A stretch of DNA of 64,000 nt from an uncultured Nitratifractor sp. (GTDB lineage: Bacteria; Campylobacterota; Campylobacteria; Campylobacterales; Sulfurovaceae). Positions 16,825 through 26,476 of this stretch are shown piece by piece; positions within the stretch are counted from its first letter, which is position 1; each line of letters starts with the position of its first letter. The notes under the pieces are model-generated. The model searched no databases. It saw nothing but the letters and a program-made list of their open reading frames with translations, and had not been told where the DNA came from. Position numbers and translations under genes: made by a program. Where the stretch lies: contig CAJXJF010000001.1 in NCBI GenBank assembly GCA_913054475.1, forward strand, positions 787 to 64,786, read 5' to 3'.

Positions 16825-18240
16825 ATGTATATATTTGCCGATATTGCTTCATACTTTATCATACTCTCTCTGCTCTCGTGGTACTTCATAACCACCCTTC
16901 AGTGGTATAGCTACAGACCCGAAAGAGCCGTTTTTCACCATACGAAAACATGGTGGAACTATATCTATTTTTTCATCCCCTTTCTCACCTACGACTTCGT
17001 TTCGGCGGTAGATGAGAGATACTCTTTCGTGGTGACACTGCTCTATATTCCGCTTTTCTATAGATGGTATGGCTCTACAGACAAGAGACTGGTCCTTACC
17101 GCCAGAGTCAAAAGATTTTTCGCCGCCGTACTCTTTTTCGCCGTTTTTCTGCTGCTGCTTTTGCATAGACACTTCATATTGATTCCCATACTCCTGGGGT
17201 GGTTCGCTTCGGTGGCGGTGGAGAAGATACTCTTCGGCGCCTATGCACGAAGAGCCTCTTTGAAACTCGAAAAGATGAAAGAACTCGTGGTAGTGGGAGT
17301 GACCGCGAGTTACGGCAAAACCAGCATGAAAAACTTCATAGCCGCCATCCTGTCGGTCAAATACGATGTATATGCCACTCCCCGCTCGGTAAACACTCTG
17401 GCAGGGGTGATAAAGGATATAAACGAAGATTTGCCTGAAAAGACGCAGATATACATAGTGGAGATGGGAGCGCGGGGAGAGGGAGATATCGCGCAGATAA
17501 GCCGCTTCGTCAAACCGCACTATGCGGTAGTGGGCAGAATAGGACCGGCCCATATAGAGTATTTCGGTACCCTCGAAAAGATAAGAGATACGAAGATGGA
17601 GATTCTCGAAAGTCCCAGACTCAGGGAGGCCTGGATAGATGAGAGTGCCATGGTGAAGGGGAGTGAAAATATCCACTCCTTCGGAAGCGAGATAGAAGAT
17701 ATCAAGGCCGATCTCGACGGCATATCCTTCCGAATCGGCGAGAGAGAGTACGAAGCGCCGCTGCTGGGTGCTTTCAATGCCCACAATCTCACCGCCGCGA
17801 TACTTCTGGCGAGAGCTCTGGGGCTTTCGGAGGAGGAGATAGGCGAAGGGATGAAGAGAGTCGAAGCCGTAGAGCATCGTCTCCAGCGTATAGATGCTGG
17901 AGGCAAAATCATCCTCGACGACAGCTTCAACGGCAATATAGACGGGATGAGAGCCTCCTTCGAACTCGCCTCTTTGCACGACGGGAGGAAGATTGTAGTC
18001 ACACCGGGTCTGGTGGAGAGCGACAGAAAATCCAACGAAGAGGTGGCGAAGATGGCGAACGGGATTTTCGACCTCGTCATAGTCACCGGCGAACTCAACT
18101 ACCCGATTTTTGAAAGCTTCGTCGACTCCGAAAAGCTGATACATCTGCGCGACAAGAGCGGGCTCGAAGCCCTTCTGGCACAGAAGACGAGCGCTGGAGA
18201 CCTGATACTTTTCGCCAACGATGCCCCAAGCTACATATAG
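16825..18240 (+). CDS. murF: UDP-MurNAc-tripeptide--D-Ala-D-Ala ligase MurF with hydrophobic N-terminal region
   Basis: Mur ligase P-loop GVTASYGKTSMK and C-domain motif DDSFNGN. The first ~150 aa form about four predicted TM helices. Confidence 0.85.
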   Translation: MYIFADIASYFIILSLLSWYFITTLQWYSYRPERAVFHHTKTWWNYIYFFIPFLTYDFVSAVDERYSFVVTLLYIPLFYRWYGSTDKRLVLTARVKRFFAAVLFFAVFLLLLLHRHFILIPILLGWFASVAVEKILFGAYARRASLKLEKMKELVVVGVTASYGKTSMKNFIAAILSVKYDVYATPRSVNTLAGVIKDINEDLPEKTQIYIVEMGARGEGDIAQISRFVKPHYAVVGRIGPAHIEYFGTLEKIRDTKMEILESPRLREAWIDESAMVKGSENIHSFGSEIEDIKADLDGISFRIGEREYEAPLLGAFNAHNLTAAILLARALGLSEEEIGEGMKRVEAVEHRLQRIDAGGKIILDDSFNGNIDGMRASFELASLHDGRKIVVTPGLVESDRKSNEEVAKMANGIFDLVIVTGELNYPIFESFVDSEKLIHLRDKSGLEALLAQKTSAGDLILFANDAPSYI

Positions 18241-18294
18241 ATTGCGGCTCCGTCTGCTATAATAAGCGTGATTTTAGAGGCAAAGGTCAAGCGA

Positions 18295-19596
18295 ATGTCT
18301 ATCAGTGTAGTTATATTGGCAGCGGGTCAGGGTACCCGTATGAAATCTTCTCTACCCAAAGTCCTGCATCAGATTTCGGGTAGAGAGATGCTCTTTCATG
18401 TAATAGATGCCGCTCTGGGCGTAAGTGACGATATAACCGTGGTCTTGCACCATCAGTACGAGAGGGTCAAAGAGGCCGTGGAGACGGAGTATGACGATAT
18501 AACTTTTCACAAACAGAGTGCGCATACCCATCCCGGTACCGGCGGAGCTCTCATGGGGCTGCGATATAGACACGAAAAGGTACTCGTGCTCAATGGCGAT
18601 ATGCCTCTGATACTTCCGAGCTCCCTAAGGAGACTCTCCGAAGCCGGGGGTGATATAGCTATGAGCGTGATAGAGCTCGAAGACCCTTCGGGATACGGCA
18701 GGGTCATAATAGATGAGAACGGTGTGAAAAGGATAGTCGAAGAGAAGGACTGCTCCCCCGAGGAGTTGAAGACCGGGAGTGTCAACGCCGGCGTCTATCT
18801 CCTCGATAGAGAGCTTCTACACAGCTATATTCCCGCCCTCAAAAACGACAATGCCCAGGGAGAGTACTATCTGACCGATATCGTCTCCATGGCTGTGGAG
18901 GATGGCTTGAAGGTGACTCCCGTCTATGTGGACGAAGAGGAGTTCAAGGGGGTCAACTCCAGATACGATTTGGCCGAAGCCGAAAAGATAATGCAAAATC
19001 GCATAAGGCGCAGATGGATGCGCGAGGGAGTGGGTATGCAGCTGCCCGAGAGCATCTATATCGACTGTAGGGCCCGCTTCGAGGGGGAGTGTCTGCTCGA
19101 AAACGGTGTACGCATAGAGGGTGAGTGCGTGATAGCCTCCTCTCATATCAGGGCACACAGTGTGGTGGAAAACTCACTGCTTGTGGAGAGTGATGTTGGA
19201 CCTTTGGCGCATATCCGTCCGGGCTGTAGTATCAAAAATACACATATCGGCAACTTCGTCGAAGTCAAAAAGGGTAAACTCGACGGAGTAAAGGCCGGAC
19301 ATCTGAGCTATCTCGGCGACTGTGAGATAGGTGAAGGCAGCAATATCGGAGCGGGGACGATAACCTGCAACTACGACGGAAAGGCCAAACACCGAACGAT
19401 AATAGGCAAAAATGTATTCATCGGCAGCGATACCCAGCTCGTGGCTCCTCTGGAGGTGGAAGACGATGTGATGATAGCGGCCGGCACCACCGTGACGAGG
19501 AATCTCAAAAAGGGAGTTCTCGCGCTCTCGAGGACACCGCTGAAGAGTATCGAAAATTTCTACTACCGTTTCTTCGGCAAAAAGGATGAGAAGTGA
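18295..19596 (+). CDS. glmU: bifunctional GlcNAc-1-P uridyltransferase / GlcN-1-P acetyltransferase GlmU
   Basis: LAAGQGTRMKS nucleotidyltransferase motif and C-terminal hexapeptide-repeat beta-helix. ATG 18295 is preferred over the upstream GTG 18268 (N-terminus MSISVVILAAG). Confidence 0.9.
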   Translation: MSISVVILAAGQGTRMKSSLPKVLHQISGREMLFHVIDAALGVSDDITVVLHHQYERVKEAVETEYDDITFHKQSAHTHPGTGGALMGLRYRHEKVLVLNGDMPLILPSSLRRLSEAGGDIAMSVIELEDPSGYGRVIIDENGVKRIVEEKDCSPEELKTGSVNAGVYLLDRELLHSYIPALKNDNAQGEYYLTDIVSMAVEDGLKVTPVYVDEEEFKGVNSRYDLAEAEKIMQNRIRRRWMREGVGMQLPESIYIDCRARFEGECLLENGVRIEGECVIASSHIRAHSVVENSLLVESDVGPLAHIRPGCSIKNTHIGNFVEVKKGKLDGVKAGHLSYLGDCEIGEGSNIGAGTITCNYDGKAKHRTIIGKNVFIGSDTQLVAPLEVEDDVMIAAGTTVTRNLKKGVLALSRTPLKSIENFYYRFFGKKDEK

Positions 19597-20864
19597 AACT
19601 TATCAATCTCGAAGGCAAAAAGATAGTACTCGGTGTAAGCGGCAGTATAGCGGCCTACAAAGCCTGTGAACTCGCCCGTGCCTTCGTGCGCTCCGGGGCG
19701 GATGTGCATGTGGTGATGAGTGAAGCGGCAAAGCGCTTCGTTTCATCCCTGACTTTCGAAGCTCTCACGGGCAACGAAGTGTTGAGCTCTTCGAGTGAGA
19801 GCTGGAGTAGAGGACTCAACCATATAGAGATAAGCAGAGGTGCCGATCTCTTCGTGATAGCCCCCGCTACAGCCAACACCATAAACAAACTCTCCAAAGG
19901 TATAGCCGACACCATACTTCTGCAAAGTGCGCTGGCCTGGAAAGGTGCGCTCGTGATAGCTCCGGCCGCAAATAGCAGAATGTTGCAGAATCACTATACG
20001 GAAGGCTCTCTCAGAATGCTGCTCGTAAACGACTCCACCATCGTCTCTGCGCAGAACAAAAGACTCGCCTGCAACGAAGAGGGCAAGGGTGCTCTGGCAC
20101 AGGTACAGGAGATATACTGGCAGTCTTGTCGGGAGATCTACAAAAATAGTTTCTGGGAAGACCGCAAAGTCGTGGTCACGGGAGGAGGTACGAAAGAGGC
20201 TATAGATTCGTTCCGCTATGTGAGTAACCGTTCGAGCGGAAAGATGGCTCGTGAGCTCGCCACCGCTCTCTACCTGAGGGGAGCCGATGTCTGTTTCGTG
20301 ACTACGGCCCTGTTCGACGATATGCCGCAGGATATCTATACGATTGTCGTAGAGAGTGCCGAAGAGATGCTCGAATATACGGTCGATGCAGTCAGAGTGG
20401 CGAAAAAAGGCAAGATGAGCAGAGCGAGTATGAATCGCAGTGAGCCTGTATCTCTCGTGAGGAAGCGTCCCTATCTCTTCATGGCGGCGGCGGTGAGCGA
20501 CTACAGACCTCTCTACGCACAGGAAGGGAAGCTGAAAAAGAGTAAACTTGGTGAGCGCTGGTCTCTCGAGATGACGGAAAATCCCGATATTCTCAAGAGT
20601 ATCAACAAAGAAAATCTCGTGACAGTCGCCTTCAAAGCCGAAAGCGATGCGCAAAACGGCCAAGATAACGCTCGTTCACTTCTGAAGGAGAAGGGGGTGG
20701 ATGCGGTATGCTACAACCATATAGCCGACTCTTCGATCTTTGGGGGAGATGAAAACGAGGTGCTATTTATCGAGCCCGAAAACGAAACACTTCTGACACG
20801 CGCCGACAAATTCACCATAGCCGCACAGATAGTCGAAGCGAGCGAGGCACTCTGTGATGGATAG
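19593..20864 (+). CDS. coaBC: phosphopantothenoylcysteine decarboxylase / synthetase CoaBC
   Basis: Flavoprotein N-domain (GVSGSIAAYK, PATANTINK) plus the DFP domain (VTGGGTKE...NRSSGKMA). The GTG start overlaps the glmU stop. Confidence 0.9.
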   Translation: MKLINLEGKKIVLGVSGSIAAYKACELARAFVRSGADVHVVMSEAAKRFVSSLTFEALTGNEVLSSSSESWSRGLNHIEISRGADLFVIAPATANTINKLSKGIADTILLQSALAWKGALVIAPAANSRMLQNHYTEGSLRMLLVNDSTIVSAQNKRLACNEEGKGALAQVQEIYWQSCREIYKNSFWEDRKVVVTGGGTKEAIDSFRYVSNRSSGKMARELATALYLRGADVCFVTTALFDDMPQDIYTIVVESAEEMLEYTVDAVRVAKKGKMSRASMNRSEPVSLVRKRPYLFMAAAVSDYRPLYAQEGKLKKSKLGERWSLEMTENPDILKSINKENLVTVAFKAESDAQNGQDNARSLLKEKGVDAVCYNHIADSSIFGGDENEVLFIEPENETLLTRADKFTIAAQIVEASEALCDG

Positions 20865-21540
20865 TAATCTTCCCAGACATCTCGCCATCATAATGGATGG
20901 CAACGGCCGCTGGGCCAAAGAGCGGGGTTTGAGCCGTACAAAGGGGCATGAAACCGGCGCGGAGGTAGTAAGAGAGATTACGGAGTATTGTGCGGCTCAT
21001 GAAGAGATAGAGACTCTTACTCTCTACGCCTTCAGCACCGAAAACTGGAAGCGCCCCCGTATGGAGATCGACTATCTGATGCACCTGCTCGAGCGCTATG
21101 TCACCAACGAGCGCGAAAACTATATGAAGCACGGCATACGCTTTTTGGTTATCGGAGATATCGGAGGCTTTTCCGAAAAATTGAGAAAGACTATAGAAGA
21201 TACCTGCGAATATACCAAAAACAACCGCAGACTCACACAGGTGCTGGCACTCAACTATGGAAGTAGAGACGAGATTGTAAGGGCTGCGAAGAGGGTCCTG
21301 GAGAGGGGAGAGGAGTTGAGTCAGGAGAGCCTCGGCAAAGCCCTCGACACACCATACAGCGATATAGATCTGCTGATTCGTACCAGCGGAGAGATGAGAC
21401 TTTCGAATTTTCTTCTCTGGCAGGCGAGCTATGCGGAGCTCTTTTTCACCAACACTTACTGGCCGGACTTCACGACCGAAGAGTTGGGAGATATTTTGGA
21501 GCGTTTCGCTCGAAGAGAGAGAAAATTCGGAGGTATATAG
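20854..21540 (+). CDS. uppS: undecaprenyl-diphosphate synthase
   Basis: HLAIIMDGNGRWA and RTSGEMRLSNFLLWQ motifs. Confidence 0.95.
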   Translation: MMDSNLPRHLAIIMDGNGRWAKERGLSRTKGHETGAEVVREITEYCAAHEEIETLTLYAFSTENWKRPRMEIDYLMHLLERYVTNERENYMKHGIRFLVIGDIGGFSEKLRKTIEDTCEYTKNNRRLTQVLALNYGSRDEIVRAAKRVLERGEELSQESLGKALDTPYSDIDLLIRTSGEMRLSNFLLWQASYAELFFTNTYWPDFTTEELGDILERFARRERKFGGI

Positions 21541-22308
21541 ATGGAGTCTCTTTATCTGTTTGTGGTATTTGTCTTCGCACTGGCCATAGGTTCGTTCATG
21601 AATGTGGTCATCTATCGTCTGCCCAGAGGCGAAAATCTCGCCTTTCCCTCCTCTCACTGTACCAAGTGCGGGGAGAGTCTGAAGTGGTATCATAATATAC
21701 CTCTATTTTCATGGCTCCTGCTAAGAGGCAGATGTGCCTTCTGCAAAAGCTCCATATCCCCCCGATATCCGCTGATAGAGCTCCTCAACGCCCTGTTATG
21801 GTCCGTTATCTATATCAAAATCGGAGCAGGTTTGGAATTTCTCTTTATCGCCCTCTCCTTTTCGGCACTGCTGGTACTTTCGGCCATAGATTTCGAATAC
21901 TATGCCGTACCCGATTCGGTCAACTTCTTCGCCCTTGCAAGTGCTCTTGCCGCCCTTGGAGCCAAAGCCTACGAAAGCGGAGAGTGGCAAATCCTGCTCA
22001 GTGGTGTGCAAGCGGCCGCCATAGCGGCGGGAGGATTGTGGCTGCTGGCCAAAAGCATCGGCATCATCACACAGAAAGAGGCTATGGGTGGTGCCGATGT
22101 GATAGTGGCTGGCACTATGGCGGCGCTTCTGGGACTCTCGCACTTTCTCGTAGCCATCTTTCTGTCGGCCATCCTAGCGATAGTACCGTCGATAGCTGCA
22201 AAAGATACAATGGTACCCTTCGTACCGTTTCTGGCCCTGGCGACACTCATCACCTATATATACGACGACAGGGCCCAAGCGCTACTGAACTGGATTGTCT
22301 ATGGCTAA
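21541..22308 (+). CDS. pilD: A24-family prepilin leader peptidase
   Basis: N-terminal CxxC...CxxC (HCTKCGE...RCAFCKS), multiple TM helices, and the two Asp blocks SAIDFEYYAVPD and AMGGADV. Confidence 0.85.
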   Translation: MESLYLFVVFVFALAIGSFMNVVIYRLPRGENLAFPSSHCTKCGESLKWYHNIPLFSWLLLRGRCAFCKSSISPRYPLIELLNALLWSVIYIKIGAGLEFLFIALSFSALLVLSAIDFEYYAVPDSVNFFALASALAALGAKAYESGEWQILLSGVQAAAIAAGGLWLLAKSIGIITQKEAMGGADVIVAGTMAALLGLSHFLVAIFLSAILAIVPSIAAKDTMVPFVPFLALATLITYIYDDRAQALLNWIVYG

Positions 22309-23320
22309 AAGCAGAAGATTCATTCTCGAGCACTTCACGAGAAACTATCTTCTGATATTTTTACCATTTTTTCTGATAGTCTCGCTTGTATTCATAGTCA
22401 AAATCTCCGTGCTATCGTCGAAAATAGCGCTCGATACCTCCGAACTGATGCAGCTCTTTGGCTATTTTCTGCCAGAAATTATCTTCTTCACCATACCGCT
22501 CTCCTTCATAGCGGCACTGGTCAACACCTTCTCGAAACTCTCGGAAGACAACGAGCTCATCGCCCTCTTCTCTCTGGGGCACACACCCAAAAGAGTCCTG
22601 AGCTTCATCCTCCCCTCCGCCATGCTCTTCAGCCTCATTCTTCTGATAGTCTCCATCTTCATCTATCCCCAGATGAAACAGAAGCTTTCGCAGTTCAAAA
22701 GAGAGAAGATGGCGCAGGCCACACTCAGGATAGTACCCAAGCGCCTGAGCCAGAGTTTCGGAGATTTCCACATCTTCGTAGGCTCCAAAGATGAAAAGGG
22801 CTATGGAGATATGGTGCTCTTCAAAAACGGAGAGAAGGGAGACTATCGCCTCTTCATAGCTAGGAGAGGGAGGGTCGAGAACAATGGAAGCAGTTTCATT
22901 CTCACTCTTCTCGACGGTATAGGAGAGAGCTCCACGAAGAGCAAGATAGAGTCTTTGAGCTACGAGAGGCTCAGCCTCTATCAATACCCTTCATCACGCT
23001 TCAAAAGGGTGAAGAGTCTGAAGGAGTATTGGAGAAAGGCTCTCAAAGATAGGGGACGAAGAGGCTCTCTGCTCTATCTTCTGTTCATATCTCTGACTCC
23101 TCTGATGGTTTTCGCTCCTGCAGTGTCGCTTTCGATATTCAATCCAAGATATCAGAAAAACCGCTCCTTCCTCTGTATATTCATTCTCGCCCTGCTCGTC
23201 TATATCCCCGCTGCCCTGCTCCAAAAGAGCGGAAGCGTTTCGCTCTTCGCCGTCTCCATACTCTTTTTCATATTTCTGAACATCTATATGCTCAAATACA
23301 GGATTTTCAGGAGATATTGA
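22295..23320 (+). CDS. LptF/LptG-family LPS export permease
   Basis: YjgP/YjgQ-like layout: three TM helices, a ~120-aa periplasmic insert, then three TM helices. The start could be TTG 22295 or ATG 22301. Confidence 0.7.
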   Translation: MSMAKSRRFILEHFTRNYLLIFLPFFLIVSLVFIVKISVLSSKIALDTSELMQLFGYFLPEIIFFTIPLSFIAALVNTFSKLSEDNELIALFSLGHTPKRVLSFILPSAMLFSLILLIVSIFIYPQMKQKLSQFKREKMAQATLRIVPKRLSQSFGDFHIFVGSKDEKGYGDMVLFKNGEKGDYRLFIARRGRVENNGSSFILTLLDGIGESSTKSKIESLSYERLSLYQYPSSRFKRVKSLKEYWRKALKDRGRRGSLLYLLFISLTPLMVFAPAVSLSIFNPRYQKNRSFLCIFILALLVYIPAALLQKSGSVSLFAVSILFFIFLNIYMLKYRIFRRY

Positions 23321-23321
23321 G

Positions 23322-24053
23322 ATGAGAGTCAAAGCGGTGATAGCCTACGACGGTAGCTCTTTCGAAGGTTTCCAGAGACAGAAACGCACAGAAAACACCG
23401 TTACCGGCCATATAGAGAGGGCTCTACTCTCACTCGGTATCGATTCGCCGATAGTGGGTAGCGGCCGTACCGACAGCGGTGTGCACGCCTCGGGGCAGGT
23501 GATACATTTCGACCTGCCGCCGCACTGGCACCGACGGTCTCTCGACGAACTCAGGAGACATATCGATTCCAGACTCGAAAGTATCGATTTCAAACATATA
23601 AGCCGGGTAGATTCCACTTTCCACGCCAGATACGATGCGAAGGTGCGTATCTACAGATATGTCTTCAGGAGCTCGGTCTCGGTATTCGAGAGGAGATATG
23701 TCGCCCGCATGAGTCTGGATACCCACGAGAGAGAAAAGATGCGAAAAGCCCTCCTGCTCTTTACGGGCAGACATGATTTCGAATATTTCATGAAAAAGGG
23801 CTCGGATACGAGAAACTATGTACGAAATGTCTATGCGGCCTATACGAAATATAGAGGAGAATACGGATTTGTCTATCTGCATGCCAACGGCTATCTGCGC
23901 TCACAGGTGCGACTCATGGTGGCGGCCGCCTACGCCGTGGCGAAAGGGAGATTGCAGCCAGATGAGCTGGCTGCACAGATAGACAAGAGAGCGAGATACA
24001 TATCCGCACCGGCCCCTGCGGAGGGACTCTATCTTGCTAGGGTGATATATTGA
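23322..24053 (+). CDS. truA: tRNA pseudouridine(38-40) synthase TruA
   Basis: YDGSSFEGFQRQ N-terminus and the catalytic-Asp block GSGRTDSGVHASGQV. Confidence 0.9.
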   Translation: MRVKAVIAYDGSSFEGFQRQKRTENTVTGHIERALLSLGIDSPIVGSGRTDSGVHASGQVIHFDLPPHWHRRSLDELRRHIDSRLESIDFKHISRVDSTFHARYDAKVRIYRYVFRSSVSVFERRYVARMSLDTHEREKMRKALLLFTGRHDFEYFMKKGSDTRNYVRNVYAAYTKYRGEYGFVYLHANGYLRSQVRLMVAAAYAVAKGRLQPDELAAQIDKRARYISAPAPAEGLYLARVIY

Positions 24054-24109
24054 TTGTATATTTTTGTATTGAAGCACTCTATGCTATGCGACATTAATCT
24101 CTCCAGTAG

Positions 24110-25858
24110 CTATCTTCTGTCATCTTGATTCATCAGATGCTGAAATTCGAGCAGAGGAACTGGTTTTGAGAAGTAGTATCCTTGGAAAAAGTCGGTGCCG
24201 TATCCCATCAGTAGTTTCAAATCTTTCTCTCTCTCCACCCCTTCGGCTATGACATTCATCCCCAGAGTATGGGCCAGCTTGACCATACTCTCCACTATAT
24301 TCTGATGTTTTTCGTTTACGGAGATATCCTGTATGAAGCCTTTGTCTATTTTGAGTGAATCTATGGGGAAGTCGGCGAGATATGCGAAGGAGGAGTAGCC
24401 TGTTCCGAAATCGTCCAGAGATATCTTGAGCCCCATCTCTTTGAGTGCGAGTAGTTTTTTGTGCGTCATCTCTGGATTCATCATCGAAGCGTGCTCCGTA
24501 ACCTCCACCTTCAATTTGAAGGGTGAGATATCGTAGCGCCCGAGCAACTCTTTCATATTGTCGAGAAACTCGTCACTCTCCAAGTCTTTTGCGGAGAGAT
24601 TGACCGCAAGCTCTATAGGTTTGAAACCGAATGTTTTCCAGTTCTTCAACTGCTTCAGAGCTTCGGAGAGGACATATACGCTTATATCCACGATAAGTCC
24701 GCTCTTCTCGGCCAGAGGTATGAAAGAGTCGGGCATAATCATTCCCCTCTCGGGATGATTCCATCTAATCAGAACTTCCGCTCCCGCAATTTTATGATAA
24801 GGTTGGTCATATATCGGCTGGAAGTAGAGATGAAACTCTCTTTTTAGGAGAGCCTCTTTGATATCTCCACTCATCAGTACTTCGCGCTGTGAGAGTTTTT
24901 TGCTCGAAGCGGTAGATATCACAAGCTGCCCCTCTCCCCTCTCCTCTGCTTCGTTGAGGGCATTGTAGGCGCTATCGAGCAGAGTCTCGAGAGTACCGTT
25001 TTGCGGGAATTTGCTCACACCGGCGGAGAAACTGATACCCTTTGTAGTGGGGCTTTTGTGTCTCATAGGCTCCAAAATGGCATTGATATGATCCGCCGCA
25101 TCGTATATCTCTCTGCTTGTCTCCACCCCATGGAGTATCAGGAGAAAGTTTTCGTGCATTAGTTGGTAGGCATCGTACCTCTCGTCTTTTGCCAATTCTT
25201 TGAGGCGGTTGGCGAAGAGAACCACCAGATTGTTCATCTCGTTGTAACCGAGTAACGAGCGTAGCTTCGTGAAGTTGTCGATCTCTACAATCATTAAAGC
25301 GAAATGGTGTCCGCTGGAGACATTGGCGGTCAAAACCGCTATATCTGCAAAAGCTCTGTTTTGGTTTGGCAATCCAGTCAAGGCGTTGTGATAGACATCG
25401 GCTTTGCCGGAACTCTCACGCAGCGGAGTGTGAATCGTCACGATATGATAGATATCTCTGTTTTGCTCGAAGCCCACGGAACGGATCTGTATGCTCAAGC
25501 CATCGATCTCTCTCTCGTGCCTCATTTTCGAACCCACGAAGAGAGTCGGCTCGGGAGCATTGTGCTCGTCGTGATATTCGATTAGATTCTCCAGAGGAGA
25601 CCAGTCCTTCGTCACCGGTGTGTAAAAAAGTATATGATCTTGCAAATCATCGAGCGGGGAGCCGTTTTTTGCAAGATATATTTTTTTCATAATATGATTG
25701 CTAAATAGTATCGTCTCTCTATTTTTTATTACGATTATGGCATCATGGCTGGAGTTGAGTGCAGGTTTAAGGAGTTTTGCCGATACCTCCGAGCTCAACT
25801 CTTTTTCGCTTCCAGAACCAAATAGTCTTCCAAACATATCTATACTTCCCATTTTCAA
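24110..25858 (-). CDS. PAS - degenerate GGDEF - EAL c-di-GMP phosphodiesterase-type protein
   Basis: The EAL-domain blocks are intact (EVLIRWNHPERG, NLSAKDL, EVTEHAS, DDFGTGYSS, KIDKGF, AEGVE, QGYYFSKP). The GGDEF position reads QLMHENF. Confidence 0.8.
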   Translation of the reverse strand: MKMGSIDMFGRLFGSGSEKELSSEVSAKLLKPALNSSHDAIIVIKNRETILFSNHIMKKIYLAKNGSPLDDLQDHILFYTPVTKDWSPLENLIEYHDEHNAPEPTLFVGSKMRHEREIDGLSIQIRSVGFEQNRDIYHIVTIHTPLRESSGKADVYHNALTGLPNQNRAFADIAVLTANVSSGHHFALMIVEIDNFTKLRSLLGYNEMNNLVVLFANRLKELAKDERYDAYQLMHENFLLILHGVETSREIYDAADHINAILEPMRHKSPTTKGISFSAGVSKFPQNGTLETLLDSAYNALNEAEERGEGQLVISTASSKKLSQREVLMSGDIKEALLKREFHLYFQPIYDQPYHKIAGAEVLIRWNHPERGMIMPDSFIPLAEKSGLIVDISVYVLSEALKQLKNWKTFGFKPIELAVNLSAKDLESDEFLDNMKELLGRYDISPFKLKVEVTEHASMMNPEMTHKKLLALKEMGLKISLDDFGTGYSSFAYLADFPIDSLKIDKGFIQDISVNEKHQNIVESMVKLAHTLGMNVIAEGVEREKDLKLLMGYGTDFFQGYYFSKPVPLLEFQHLMNQDDRR

Positions 25859-25914
25859 AGATAATTGTCTTATCCTATTATTATAGTAGCTTTAGATTAA
25901 ATTTCACGCTCTGT

Positions 25915-25943
25915 TTGACATGAGGGGCGGCTTTTGCTATAAA
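25915..25943 (+). promoter_or_regulatory. candidate sigma70-type promoter upstream of trxA (TTGACA-N17-TATAAA)
   Basis: TTGACA at 25915-25920, a 17-nt spacer, then TATAAA at 25938-25943. A second TATAAT at 25971-25976 lies 37 nt before the trxA ATG. Confidence 0.35.
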
Positions 25944-26012
25944 TCTATGCGCATTTGATGTAAAAGTGTGTATAATCACACTGCAAAATCCAATAAAAAC
26001 AAAGGATATAGT

Positions 26013-26334
26013 GATGGGTAAATATATCGAACTGAATAAAGATAATTTCGACGCTACGGTTGCCAGCGGAGTGTCTCTGGTCGATTTCTGGGCACCGTGG
26101 TGCGGGCCCTGTAGAATGATAGCTCCCGTTATCGAAGAGTTGGCGGAGGATTACGAAGGCAAAGCCAATATCTGCAAGGTAAATACCGACGAGAATCAGG
26201 AGATAGCTGTAAAATTCGGTATCCGCTCCATTCCGACCATACTCTTCTTCAAAGATGGTGAGATAGTCGATCAGATGGTCGGAGCGGCTGGAAAGAATGT
26301 CTTCGCTCAAAAACTCGATGCTCTCCTTTCTTGA
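26013..26334 (+). CDS. trxA: thioredoxin
   Basis: [10 protein letters not shown] active site. 106 aa from ATG 26013, with AAAGGA upstream. The longer track ORF from 25966 has no support. Confidence 0.9.
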
Positions 26335-26476
26335 ACTCAAAGAGGATAATTCGGAAGTTTTCGATAGGAGAGTGCCCCTCTCTCCCGATGTGGAGGGGCA
26401 GATTCTGTGGTCTGTACGGAGTCGTATTTGCTATCTGATAGGTTTGCGTACAGAGCAAGTGTAAGAAAGGAAGAAG

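Noticed and set aside
25965-25982. A 6-bp inverted repeat, AGTGTG-TATAAT-CACACT, flanking the second -10 candidate of trxA.
   Set aside because: The arms are short, no known regulator motif matches, and the chance of such a repeat occurring in a 150-bp region is appreciable. It is noted only as a possible operator.
25966-26012. N-terminal extensions in the track ORFs for trxA (25966), oorD (60066), bamD (57017), glmU (18268) and the lipoprotein (31759).
   Set aside because: Internal ATG codons give canonical N-termini ([16 protein letters not shown], lipobox-containing MVRVKK, MSISVVILAAG, MANKLKLL) with better-placed RBS. The extensions have no homology-like features.
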